This document shows, in pieces, positions 56,019 through 64,000 of a stretch of 64,000 nt of DNA. Positions within the stretch are counted from its first letter, which is position 1. Every line of letters starts with the position of its first letter. The stretch comes from Ruminococcaceae bacterium UBA7212 (GTDB lineage Bacteria; Bacillota; Clostridia; Oscillospirales; Acutalibacteraceae): NCBI GenBank assembly GCA_002490525.1, contig DKUE01000037.1, positions 62,014 through 126,013 of the forward strand. Direction: 5' to 3'. The notes under the pieces are model-generated. The model saw only the letters and a program-made list of their open reading frames with translations, searched no databases and was not told the DNA's origin. Both the position numbers and the translations under genes were made by a program.

Positions 56019-57287
56019 TTACGAGAATAAATCCGACAGCAAATAAAAGGACCCGCACACAAGCACCAGCCCATCCTTCGGTGCGGCGTTTTTGGCACGC
56101 TCCAGTGCAGATTTCGGGTTTTCGTCCGTAAAGGCTTTTACGTTTACATTGCTGACCGAATCCCGAAGCATCGCCGGTGCGGCGGACCTTGGATTGTCCG
56201 GCTTTGTAAAGTAAATTTCTTTACAGTGTGGTGCAACTTTTTCCAAATATCGTCCCGTATCTTTGTCCGCCATCATACCGATAACCGCCGTAATATGCGG
56301 CAGCGCAAAACGTTTCAGAACTTCACTGAGCGCCTCGGCACATTCGGGATTGTGCCCACCGTCCAAAAGCATCGGCGGTGTACCCGCACGGTACTCCATA
56401 CGTCCGCGCATAACGGTATTTTGAAGGCCTTCTCGGATATGCGCGTCCGTTACGCCTGCAATCCGCTTTGCCGCTTCGACAACCCCTACCGCATTTTCAA
56501 TCTGATGCCGTCCCGGAAGATGTATTGTGTAGGTTTCGCCGTGATAAGAAAATACGGTTTCCGTAATTCTTTCTGAAATCACCTGCGCCGCATCCGCATC
56601 CGCCACGGTCAGCGCACAACCCTGTCTTTCCGCGGTCTCCCGAATTACCGAAAGCGCTGTCAGGTCCTGACGTGTGGTGGTTACGCATACACTCCCCCGT
56701 TTTAAAATTCCCGCCTTTTCCAATGCAATCTGCGCCACGGTATCGCCGAGAATCTGTGTATGGTCAAGCGATACAGAAGTAATTACGCACACTTCGGGTG
56801 TGGGAATGATATTCGTCGAATCGTACCGTCCGCCGAGCCCGACCTCCATTACGGCATACTCGCACTGCTGTTCTTTGAAATACAGCAACGCCGCAGCGGT
56901 AATAACTTCGAACTCCGTCGGCACTATGCCTTCGGCGTTCAGCGACTCTACCGCGGATTTTACGCGTGCAACCACATTTGCCAAATCCGTCTCGGAAACA
57001 TTTTCATTATTGATTTGTATGCGCTCGCAAAACGAAAACACATAGGGCGATGTAAATAGTCCGGTTTTATACCCTGCCGCTTTTAAAATGTAGGAAAGCA
57101 TGGTTGAGGTTGAACCCTTGCCGTTTGTGCCCGCCACATGAATAAACCGCAGGCCGTTTTGCGGATTGCCGAGCGCTGTGAGGAGCGCACGAATTCGCTG
57201 AAGCCCCGGTTTGATACCGAACGCTAACAGAGAATGAATATAATCAACTGCTTCTTGGTAATGCATGGTATTTTTATCCTCAAACAT
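56019..57287 (-). CDS. folC: Folylpolyglutamate synthase / dihydrofolate synthase
   Basis: Mur-ligase P-loop HVAGTNGKGST. 422 aa. Confidence 0.9.
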   Translation of the reverse strand: MFEDKNTMHYQEAVDYIHSLLAFGIKPGLQRIRALLTALGNPQNGLRFIHVAGTNGKGSTSTMLSYILKAAGYKTGLFTSPYVFSFCERIQINNENVSETDLANVVARVKSAVESLNAEGIVPTEFEVITAAALLYFKEQQCEYAVMEVGLGGRYDSTNIIPTPEVCVITSVSLDHTQILGDTVAQIALEKAGILKRGSVCVTTTRQDLTALSVIRETAERQGCALTVADADAAQVISERITETVFSYHGETYTIHLPGRHQIENAVGVVEAAKRIAGVTDAHIREGLQNTVMRGRMEYRAGTPPMLLDGGHNPECAEALSEVLKRFALPHITAVIGMMADKDTGRYLEKVAPHCKEIYFTKPDNPRSAAPAMLRDSVSNVNVKAFTDENPKSALERAKNAAPKDGLVLVCGSFYLLSDLFS

Positions 57288-58038
57288 CTAAAATCAATTC
57301 AACGGGACAGTGGTCCGAACCGAAAATCTCACTGTGAATCGAAGCGCTGACAATTTTTTCAGCCAGACGGTCGGAAACACAGAAATAGTCAATCCGCCAC
57401 CCCGCATTGTTTTTGCGGGCGTTAAAGCGATATGACCACCATGAATATGCCCCTGTCAAATCGGGATACAGACAGCGGAACGAATCTGTAAAGCCGCTTT
57501 CCAGCAAGGTTGTAAACTTTTCGCGTTCTTCATCGGAAAAGCCTGCGTTCCCACGGTTGGTTTTCGGATTTTTCAGGTCGATTTCCTGATGCGCCACATT
57601 CAAATCCCCGCAGAAAATCACGGGCTTCTTTGCGTCCAGAGACAAGAGATATCCTCGGAATTTATCGTCCCAGCTCATACGGTATTCCAGCCTCTTCAAT
57701 CCGTCCTGCGCATTCGGCGTATAGCAGGTTACCACAAAATATTCGTCATACTCCAGTGTAATTACGCGCCCCTCGCTGTCATAGTAGGCATCGTTCATCC
57801 CGTAATATACGGCGTTCGGCGCTTCTTTTGCAAAAATCGCCGTGCCCGAATACCCTTTTTTTTCAGCGTAATTCCAAAAAGAACAGTACCCTTCAAACTG
57901 TAAATCAATTTGCCCTTCCTGTAATTTTGTTTCCTGTAAGCAGAAGAAGTCCGCATCTAAGTTCCGAAATTCCTCTTCGAAATTTTTGCCGACGCAAGCA
58001 CGCAAGCCGTTGACATTCCACGAAATCAGCTTTTTCAT
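57280..58038 (-). CDS. xth: Exodeoxyribonuclease III
   Basis: LISWNVNGLRA, FCLQETK, GDLNVAH and SDHCPV motifs. Confidence 0.9.
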   Translation of the reverse strand: MKKLISWNVNGLRACVGKNFEEEFRNLDADFFCLQETKLQEGQIDLQFEGYCSFWNYAEKKGYSGTAIFAKEAPNAVYYGMNDAYYDSEGRVITLEYDEYFVVTCYTPNAQDGLKRLEYRMSWDDKFRGYLLSLDAKKPVIFCGDLNVAHQEIDLKNPKTNRGNAGFSDEEREKFTTLLESGFTDSFRCLYPDLTGAYSWWSYRFNARKNNAGWRIDYFCVSDRLAEKIVSASIHSEIFGSDHCPVELILDV

Positions 58039-58190
58039 TGCAAATATCCTCCTGAAAATCCAACATTTTCTCTCGGCTTATTGTAGCACTATGCACACAA
58101 AAAATCCATATCTTTTCATTGACTTTTCAAAATATTCGCTGTAAGATACATCTTAACAGAAGTTTCACAAAGCGGATACGGAGCAACAGT

Positions 58191-59081
58191 ATGCATTTTA
58201 CACGAAACAACAAAACGACAGATAAAAAAAGTCTTTGGAAGATATTTTTTGATATGTTTGAAAAGGCGGGCTTTTTGTTTCTGTTTTTCTTTTTGGTTTA
58301 TATGGCAGTCTATATCGCAAACACCCAAGGCTTGTATGCTGTTGCGGACAGCACGGCACTGTTACCTGCGAACGGACTGCCCGCTGTTTTAGATGTTTAT
58401 ATACCCGCCGTAACGGAAACCGAATCGAATGGCGGCGGCGAAACCCTTCTGCCGGCAGTAGGCTTCAGCCGATCGCCGGAGGGCATGGAAGAAATCGCCG
58501 CATATTATGCCGCCGCGCTGAACCGTGTCAAAACGGATGCCGTCTCTGTAACCCTTACGCAGAAAAGCGGCTCCAATTATAACGGTGTTGTGGAAGCAGG
58601 CGACAATGCATTTCTGTCGTCCGTAGCAAAATCGCTGATGCGCTCCTTTTTAAAAGAAGAAAACCCAAATACCGTTTTTACAAGTCGGAATGAGATACAG
58701 GAAAATTTTATTCCGCGCGGTACGGAAAGTCATCTGACTGCCGATGCCCTTGCGGATGCTGTCTGCAAAGAGGACAGTGCATATTACTTGATTACCGTCC
58801 GTTTAAAGCCTGACCGCAATCCGAAACCGGGATACGGTTCGGGTGCCGTCGGCTCGATTATTACCAAAGAAGAAATTGAAAACGCTGTAAACGGCAAAAT
58901 CAAAATGGAAAATCCGGTTTGCGCCTATGACGGCGCCGTATCGGAAATTAAGGTGGAAAAGGCAACCGGAAAGCTTGTGGAAATCCACACTGCTTTACCG
59001 ATGTATTTATATCTGACCAGCTTAGGGTTGGAATGCCGCATCGGTCTTCGCTTCGATGAAGTTTGGACGGTGCAATGGTAA
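58191..59081 (+). CDS. Hypothetical membrane-anchored protein
   Basis: Start at MHFTRNN after ACGGAG. One TM helix. No recognised domain. Confidence 0.5.
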   Translation: MHFTRNNKTTDKKSLWKIFFDMFEKAGFLFLFFFLVYMAVYIANTQGLYAVADSTALLPANGLPAVLDVYIPAVTETESNGGGETLLPAVGFSRSPEGMEEIAAYYAAALNRVKTDAVSVTLTQKSGSNYNGVVEAGDNAFLSSVAKSLMRSFLKEENPNTVFTSRNEIQENFIPRGTESHLTADALADAVCKEDSAYYLITVRLKPDRNPKPGYGSGAVGSIITKEEIENAVNGKIKMENPVCAYDGAVSEIKVEKATGKLVEIHTALPMYLYLTSLGLECRIGLRFDEVWTVQW

Positions 59082-59180
59082 AAAATACAGCGCCAAAAAG
59101 AAAAGGTGTCCTTCGCCTTTTCTTTTTTTATAGTCTGTGATAAAATAAACATTGATTATGTACGGAAAGAGAGACACAGT

Positions 59181-59966
59181 ATGCAAAACTCCTGTTTTAA
59201 CAAAACAAAGTATTTTATTATTGACATGGACGGTACTTTTTACCTGGACGGTAACCTGATTGACGGTGCGCTGGATTTTTTAACCCGTGTGAAGGAAGTC
59301 GGCAAAGATTTTTGCTTTTTTACCAACAATTCTTCCAACAATGTTGCAGTCTGCCGCGAAAAGCTCCATAAAATGGGTTGCGACGTGCCCGAAGATAAAA
59401 TTGTGATTTCCTCGCACGTGACAGCGGATTTCTTAAACCGTAACCGTGCAGGCAAAACCGTGTATCTGCTCGGCAATGAGCGGCTGACCGCTGATTTCGA
59501 ATCAGCGGGGATTCCGCTCGCGGAGAAGAATCCCGATATTGTGGTACTGGGCTTTGACACAACGCTTACCTATCAAAAACTGTGGGACGCCTGCAAATAT
59601 ATTGCCAACGGCGCGGAATACATTGCAACACATCCCGATTTCAACTGCCCGACAGCAGACGGTTTTATGCCCGACACGGGTTCAATGATGGCGTTAATAA
59701 AAGCATCCACGGGAAAAGAGCCGCTTGTAATGGGCAAACCGCACAGCTTTACGGTAGATTATTTAACCAATCGCTTCCGCTGTGAAAAAGACGAGCTGTG
59801 CTTTATCGGTGACCGATTGGAAACGGATATTTTAATCGGGCAAAAACACAATATTCCGTCCGTGTTGGTTTTGACAGGCGTTACAGATATGGATTTATAC
59901 AATCAAAGCACCGTTCGCGCCAGTGCGGTAGAGGCTTCGCTGAAATCCTTCGCGGCACACATTTGA
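59181..59966 (+). CDS. HAD-IIA family hydrolase (NagD-like)
   Basis: DMDGTFY nucleophile motif, [14 protein letters not shown]. Confidence 0.8.
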   Translation: MQNSCFNKTKYFIIDMDGTFYLDGNLIDGALDFLTRVKEVGKDFCFFTNNSSNNVAVCREKLHKMGCDVPEDKIVISSHVTADFLNRNRAGKTVYLLGNERLTADFESAGIPLAEKNPDIVVLGFDTTLTYQKLWDACKYIANGAEYIATHPDFNCPTADGFMPDTGSMMALIKASTGKEPLVMGKPHSFTVDYLTNRFRCEKDELCFIGDRLETDILIGQKHNIPSVLVLTGVTDMDLYNQSTVRASAVEASLKSFAAHI

Positions 59967-59974
59967 GGAAAACT

Positions 59975-60433
59975 ATGGGTACAGAAAAAACAAAAGTAGA
60001 ATTATTCACCGACGGTGCGTGCTCGGGAAATCCCGGTCCCGGCGGCTGGGGCGCAATTTTACGCTGTAACGGCACTGAAAAAGCACTTTCAGGCGGCAGT
60101 GCGCAAACCACCAACAATAAAATGGAACTGACCGCCGTAATTGAAGGCCTGAAAGCACTGAAACGTCCGTGCAATGTTACATTATATACCGATTCCAAAT
60201 ACGTTTCGGACGGGATTTCAAAGGGATGGGCGGCTTCGTGGAAAGCGCGCGGCTGGAAGAAGAAGGATGGAAAGCCCGCACTGAATCCTGACCTTTGGGA
60301 TTCACTTTTAACACTGACACATATTCACGACGTACATATTGTATGGATTAAAGGACACGCGGGGCATCCCGAAAACGAACGCTGTGATGCTATGGCGGTC
60401 ACAGAATCGAAAAAATATACAAAAATTTCATGA
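59975..60433 (+). CDS. rnhA: Ribonuclease HI
   Basis: [27 protein letters not shown] and [11 protein letters not shown] motifs. Confidence 0.9.
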   Translation: MGTEKTKVELFTDGACSGNPGPGGWGAILRCNGTEKALSGGSAQTTNNKMELTAVIEGLKALKRPCNVTLYTDSKYVSDGISKGWAASWKARGWKKKDGKPALNPDLWDSLLTLTHIHDVHIVWIKGHAGHPENERCDAMAVTESKKYTKIS

Positions 60434-60463
60434 AAATTTGTATAAAAAATTTTTTCTCTAATC

Positions 60464-60492
60464 TTGAACAGATACAGAGAATGTGTTAAGAT
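60464..60492 (+). promoter_or_regulatory. Putative promoter of the GPH transporter gene
   Basis: TTGAAC, 17 nt, TAAGAT. This implies the annotated long ORF start at 60464 is not used. Confidence 0.4.
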
Positions 60493-60553
60493 AAAAATTG
60501 GTATACTTAGGGGGAACTACAACCGAACCCTTACACATAAAGGATGTGATTTT

Positions 60554-62104
60554 TTGGCGGATACGACAGTCGCAACGCAGGAAGAATACGTTGAAACCGA
60601 AGTGGAGCAACAGGTCGAGAAAGCCTCAGCGCAAAACAGACGGTATCTCCGTCTGCGAGAAATGATTGCCTTTTTGCTTACGGCATTCGGTCAAAAAAAC
60701 TTAAACGAATTTGTCAACGGAAACCGACAGTTCTTCATGATTAGCTTCCTTGGCATCTCGGGTAAAGCTTACGGCTCCATTATGTTTTTGGAAACGCTGT
60801 ATGACGCACTGGACGACTCGATTTCCGGATTGATTATCGACCGCACGCGTACGCGCTGGGGTAAGCTACGTCCCTACTTCATTGTAACAACCCCGATTTG
60901 GGCAATAGCAATTTTGATGCTGTTCACAACACCGTCCTTTTTGACAACGCCGATCGCAAAGGTCGTGTGGGCGGTTATCGCGATTTTTGCCCACAACCTC
61001 GGCATGAGTTACTTCGGCGTTTGGCAGATTATGCCTTTTGATATCACGCCGAACGTCAACGAACGAAACAATTTGCTGGCTTCGCAGAAATTTATGGAGC
61101 TGTTCGGTGCGTGGTTGCCCGCGCTATTGCCGTTCTTCATCGACCTGCTTCCCAAACAGACAAACAACGCAATCGGGATGCAGGATGTCTACTCAGGCTA
61201 TGCACTGATTATGGTCATTATCTCCGCCGTAACCGCCATTTACGGGTTCTTTGTGATGCGCGAGCGCGTGCCGCTGGCATCGAAAGAGCAAATGAAAGAA
61301 ATCGGCATCATTGAATCCTTTAAAATCGCGATTAAAAACCGCCCAATGTTGGTTTTACAGCTCAACTATTTCTTCAACGGGTTAAAAGGCATCGGTGCAT
61401 CCAATGAAAAATTCTTCTGGATTCACAATGCGGGGGCCATGTCTTACAGCAGTATCGCCAGTATCTTCACGGGGATGCCCGCCTTCATTATTACACCGCT
61501 CACGCCGAAGCTGATTCGGAAATTCGGTGCAAGAAATGTCGGTATTGCCGCAGGTATTTTCGGCGGTGCGATGTATACGCTGATGTTTTTAATCGGCTAT
61601 AAGCCTTTCGGAGCATGGGACAAAGCCGGTCATATCATCCCAAATCTTATTTATATGACCATTATGCTTACGCTCTGCGGTCTGCCGAACGGTGTCATTA
61701 ACGTGGTCGGCACCATCTTACAGGGCGATGTGTATGACTACGGCGAATGGAAATACGGTGTGCGCAATGAGGCACTGATTGCAACGGTTTCGGGCTATTT
61801 TCAAAAGCTTGCCAATTCTATCAACAACGGACTTTCCGGTTTTGTCATTTCGTGGATTGGCTATGTTGCACACAAAGATGTGTTCGGCAACATCGTCCGC
61901 GAAACGGATAACAGCGTACTTTCGGGATTTTGGTTCATTTTCTGTATTATGCCCGCCATTGCACGTTTCCTGTACGGTGTTTCACTGATTTTCTTCAATG
62001 TACACGGTAAATTCAAAGCTCAAATGCTTGCGGACTTGGAAGTTCGCCGCAGAGAACAGGTTCGTCAAATGCAGACAGAAAACCAATCCGCCAATGGAGA
62101 ATAA
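60554..62104 (+). CDS. Glycoside-pentoside-hexuronide (GPH):cation symporter family transporter
   Basis: GPH signature DRTRTRWGKLRPYF and 12 TM-like segments. The start is uncertain (TTG at 60554 after AAGGA is proposed). Confidence 0.75.
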   Translation: MADTTVATQEEYVETEVEQQVEKASAQNRRYLRLREMIAFLLTAFGQKNLNEFVNGNRQFFMISFLGISGKAYGSIMFLETLYDALDDSISGLIIDRTRTRWGKLRPYFIVTTPIWAIAILMLFTTPSFLTTPIAKVVWAVIAIFAHNLGMSYFGVWQIMPFDITPNVNERNNLLASQKFMELFGAWLPALLPFFIDLLPKQTNNAIGMQDVYSGYALIMVIISAVTAIYGFFVMRERVPLASKEQMKEIGIIESFKIAIKNRPMLVLQLNYFFNGLKGIGASNEKFFWIHNAGAMSYSSIASIFTGMPAFIITPLTPKLIRKFGARNVGIAAGIFGGAMYTLMFLIGYKPFGAWDKAGHIIPNLIYMTIMLTLCGLPNGVINVVGTILQGDVYDYGEWKYGVRNEALIATVSGYFQKLANSINNGLSGFVISWIGYVAHKDVFGNIVRETDNSVLSGFWFIFCIMPAIARFLYGVSLIFFNVHGKFKAQMLADLEVRRREQVRQMQTENQSANGE

Positions 62105-62133
62105 CCCCCCCGAAAGGCTTTATACCACAATTT

Positions 62134-62152
62134 CATTGTGCAATGCACAATG
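62134..62152. repeat. Perfect 9-1-9 palindrome
   Basis: CATTGTGCA-A-TGCACAATG. Confidence 0.6.
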
Positions 62153-62202
62153 GGCGGCGAAGCCGCAGGGCGTCAGCCCAAATTGATGATTCAATGTTCT
62201 CC

Positions 62203-62237
62203 GAATCTCTAAGAAATCGAAGATTTCTTAGAGATTC
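62203..62237. repeat. Perfect 16-bp inverted repeat with 3-nt loop
   Basis: GAATCTCTAAGAAATC-GAA-GATTTCTTAGAGATTC. The right arm belongs to the 33-nt repeat. Confidence 0.7.
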
Positions 62238-62254
62238 GTGGGGTTATTATACCA
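62222..62254. repeat. 33-nt exact repeat, copy 2 (identical to 16369-16401)
   Basis: Letter-for-letter identity with copy 1. Confidence 0.8.
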
Positions 62255-62256
62255 TC

Positions 62257-62291
62257 TAAAAAATCCCACCCGCTTTTACGGGTGGGATTTC
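62257..62291. terminator. Bidirectional terminator
   Basis: AAATCCCACCCG / CGGGTGGGATTT 12-bp stem flanked by A- and T-runs. Confidence 0.65.
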
Positions 62292-62300
62292 ATTATGCTG

Positions 62301-63035
62301 TTATTTGTAAAACCGTTTTCCTGTATTGATATTGGCTTTTCTTGCCTGGCTGTGCTGTTCGCGGCGTGGGATTTTATAAATCCTGCCGTCTTTTTGAAAA
62401 TGTGCGCCTGTCTGCTGAAACCAAAACGGAATATGATGCCGCACACACTGCGCTCGAATTTGTAAAATCCAATCGTAATCACACAGCCGCGCCTGCGCCC
62501 CTGACTCCCCTGCCGCCGTCACGCCCTCAATTTCCGCTGTCAAAAAGCGCTCCAAATCAATCTGCTCCAAAAGCGGCGAGCAAACGATTTCCTTGTGCTT
62601 TGCCTTTGCGGACAATAAATACGGCAGTCGGTAATCGGCGCGTTCCTGACTCTCCACCGTACAGCAAACCACCACATTATCATACCCGCCGCCCCAGTCA
62701 GGCGGCACACACTGCATAAATCGGTCAATCCGTTTGGTGATAAACAAAAATGTGCAATCCCCCCGCTCCCGAATCATATCCCATGCCTCCTGCCGCCAGG
62801 CATCCGCATCCTCCAGCAGAAAATCCGAGGTAAAACAAGTGTAAATGCACGTACCCGATGGAATTTTGTAGTTTCCGCTTCGGTCCTTTTTCACGGGAAG
62901 ATTGAAATTCTGCGTCTTATGCACTTCGGCACTGTTTCGGTCATATCTTGCATCGCTTCTGTACACATAGCAATGCTTACAGCCGGTACTGATTTTGTGA
63001 CAGCCGTGCCAAAGGTTCCAAGTCACAGAGCGCAT
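62301..63035 (-). CDS. DUF5131 (phage Gp37/Gp68-like) family protein
   Basis: The N-terminal TWNLWHGCHKISTGCKHCY is the family hallmark. Start at MRSVTWN after AAGGGGG. Confidence 0.75.
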   Translation of the reverse strand: MRSVTWNLWHGCHKISTGCKHCYVYRSDARYDRNSAEVHKTQNFNLPVKKDRSGNYKIPSGTCIYTCFTSDFLLEDADAWRQEAWDMIRERGDCTFLFITKRIDRFMQCVPPDWGGGYDNVVVCCTVESQERADYRLPYLLSAKAKHKEIVCSPLLEQIDLERFLTAEIEGVTAAGESGAQARLCDYDWILQIRAQCVRHHIPFWFQQTGAHFQKDGRIYKIPRREQHSQARKANINTGKRFYK

Positions 63036-63056
63036 TGGGAAGCCCCCTTGCATAAA

Positions 63057-64000
63057 TTACAATTTTTCAACCTTAAGCATATTGGTGGTACCCGAAACCC
63101 CCAGCGGGATACCGGCGGTAATCACGACCAGGTCGCCGCGGTTCACAAGACCGTTCTTTACAGCAACCTCTACGGCGTGCGCAAACAGTTCATCCGTGCT
63201 CTTCTTTTCTTCGCACATCAGCGGCACAATGCCCCAGGACATGCTCATCTGACGGTAAACGGTCTCATTGGTGGTACAGCCGATAATCATAGACTGCGGA
63301 CGGTGCTTGGAAATCATCCGTGCCGTTGAACCGCTTTTGGTCACGGTGATAATCGCTTTGGCACCGAGGTCATGCGCCGTAGTCACAGTGGCGTGCGAAA
63401 TCGCATTGGTGATGCTCTTATTCGCCTCGCTCGCCGACTTGAAATCCGTTACATAGTCAATTTGCCCTTCTGTGCTTTCGGCAATGAGCGCCATGGTTTC
63501 CACCGATTCTACGGGATGCGCACCTGCCGCCGTTTCACCTGACAGCATAATCGCAGAAGTTCCGTCATAAATCGCATTGGCAACATCCGTTATTTCCGCA
63601 CGTGTGGGGCGCGGATTGGTAATCATAGACTCCAGCATCTGTGTAGCAGTAATCACTTGCTTGCCTGCGCTGTATGCTTTTTTGATGATGCGTTTTTGAA
63701 TGGACGGAATCATTTCAAACGGGATTTCCACGCCCATATCGCCGCGAGCAACCATAATGCCGTCTGCTTCATTTATAATCTCATCAATATTTTGCACGCC
63801 GTCCATGTTTTCAATTTTTGCAATGATGCGCACATTACGCCAACCGAGGGCATTTGTGAATTTGCGTAAATATGCAATGTCCGCCGCAGAACGCACAAAA
63901 GACGCGGCTATAAAATCAAAGCCTAACTTTGCGCCGAATTCCAAATCGGACATATCGCGCTCTGAAAGATACGGCATGGAAAGCTCCACACCGGGTACGT
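63057..64000 (-). CDS. pyk: Pyruvate kinase (3' part; 5' end outside window)
   Basis: MVARGDMGVEIP, and the C-terminal regulatory domain ends at 63057. The ORF is open to the window edge. Confidence 0.9.
   Translation of the reverse strand, partial: VPGVELSMPYLSERDMSDLEFGAKLGFDFIAASFVRSAADIAYLRKFTNALGWRNVRIIAKIENMDGVQNIDEIINEADGIMVARGDMGVEIPFEMIPSIQKRIIKKAYSAGKQVITATQMLESMITNPRPTRAEITDVANAIYDGTSAIMLSGETAAGAHPVESVETMALIAESTEGQIDYVTDFKSASEANKSITNAISHATVTTAHDLGAKAIITVTKSGSTARMISKHRPQSMIIGCTTNETVYRQMSMSWGIVPLMCEEKKSTDELFAHAVEVAVKNGLVNRGDLVVITAGIPLGVSGTTNMLKVEKL

Overview
Chromosomal, mostly housekeeping window from a spore-forming, dockerin-encoding member of the Clostridia (Oscillospiraceae/Ruminococcaceae-like, judged only from gene content). 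I can support about 55 protein genes. They include tex, alr, a response regulator/histidine kinase/HtrA cluster, galM-ilvN-leuCD, a heterodimeric ABC exporter, a MacB/FtsX-type ABC pair, a sipL-like gene with spoIVA, a DtxR-regulated feoAAB locus, parE-parC, cca, perR-rubrerythrin, comFC, T-box-controlled valS, two glycoside hydrolases, folC, xth, rnhA, a GPH symporter and pyk. There is also one stand-alone 5S rRNA gene.

I found no CRISPR array, no prophage, no intact IS element and no recognisable defence island. The window therefore looks ordinary in gene content.

The most unusual signal lies outside the genes. A family of short intergenic elements is built as GTAG plus an imperfect palindrome, the canonical REP architecture, and is scattered through at least six or seven intergenic gaps. 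One site is an inverted, REPIN-like doublet. There is also a single short RAYT-like (IS200/IS605-type Y1 HUH transposase) ORF, and it sits between the Val T-box attenuator and the valS start codon.

Other points worth a second look:
- an orphan 5S rRNA gene with its own promoter
- a 33-nt exact repeat at two distant loci carrying an extended -10 on the minus strand
- three DtxR-type palindromes in the feo locus
- a frameshifted APH(2'')-like relic in an AT-rich islet
- a sipL-like/spoIVA operon

All coordinates of starts, promoters, operators and terminators come from reading the sequence by eye and are unverified predictions.
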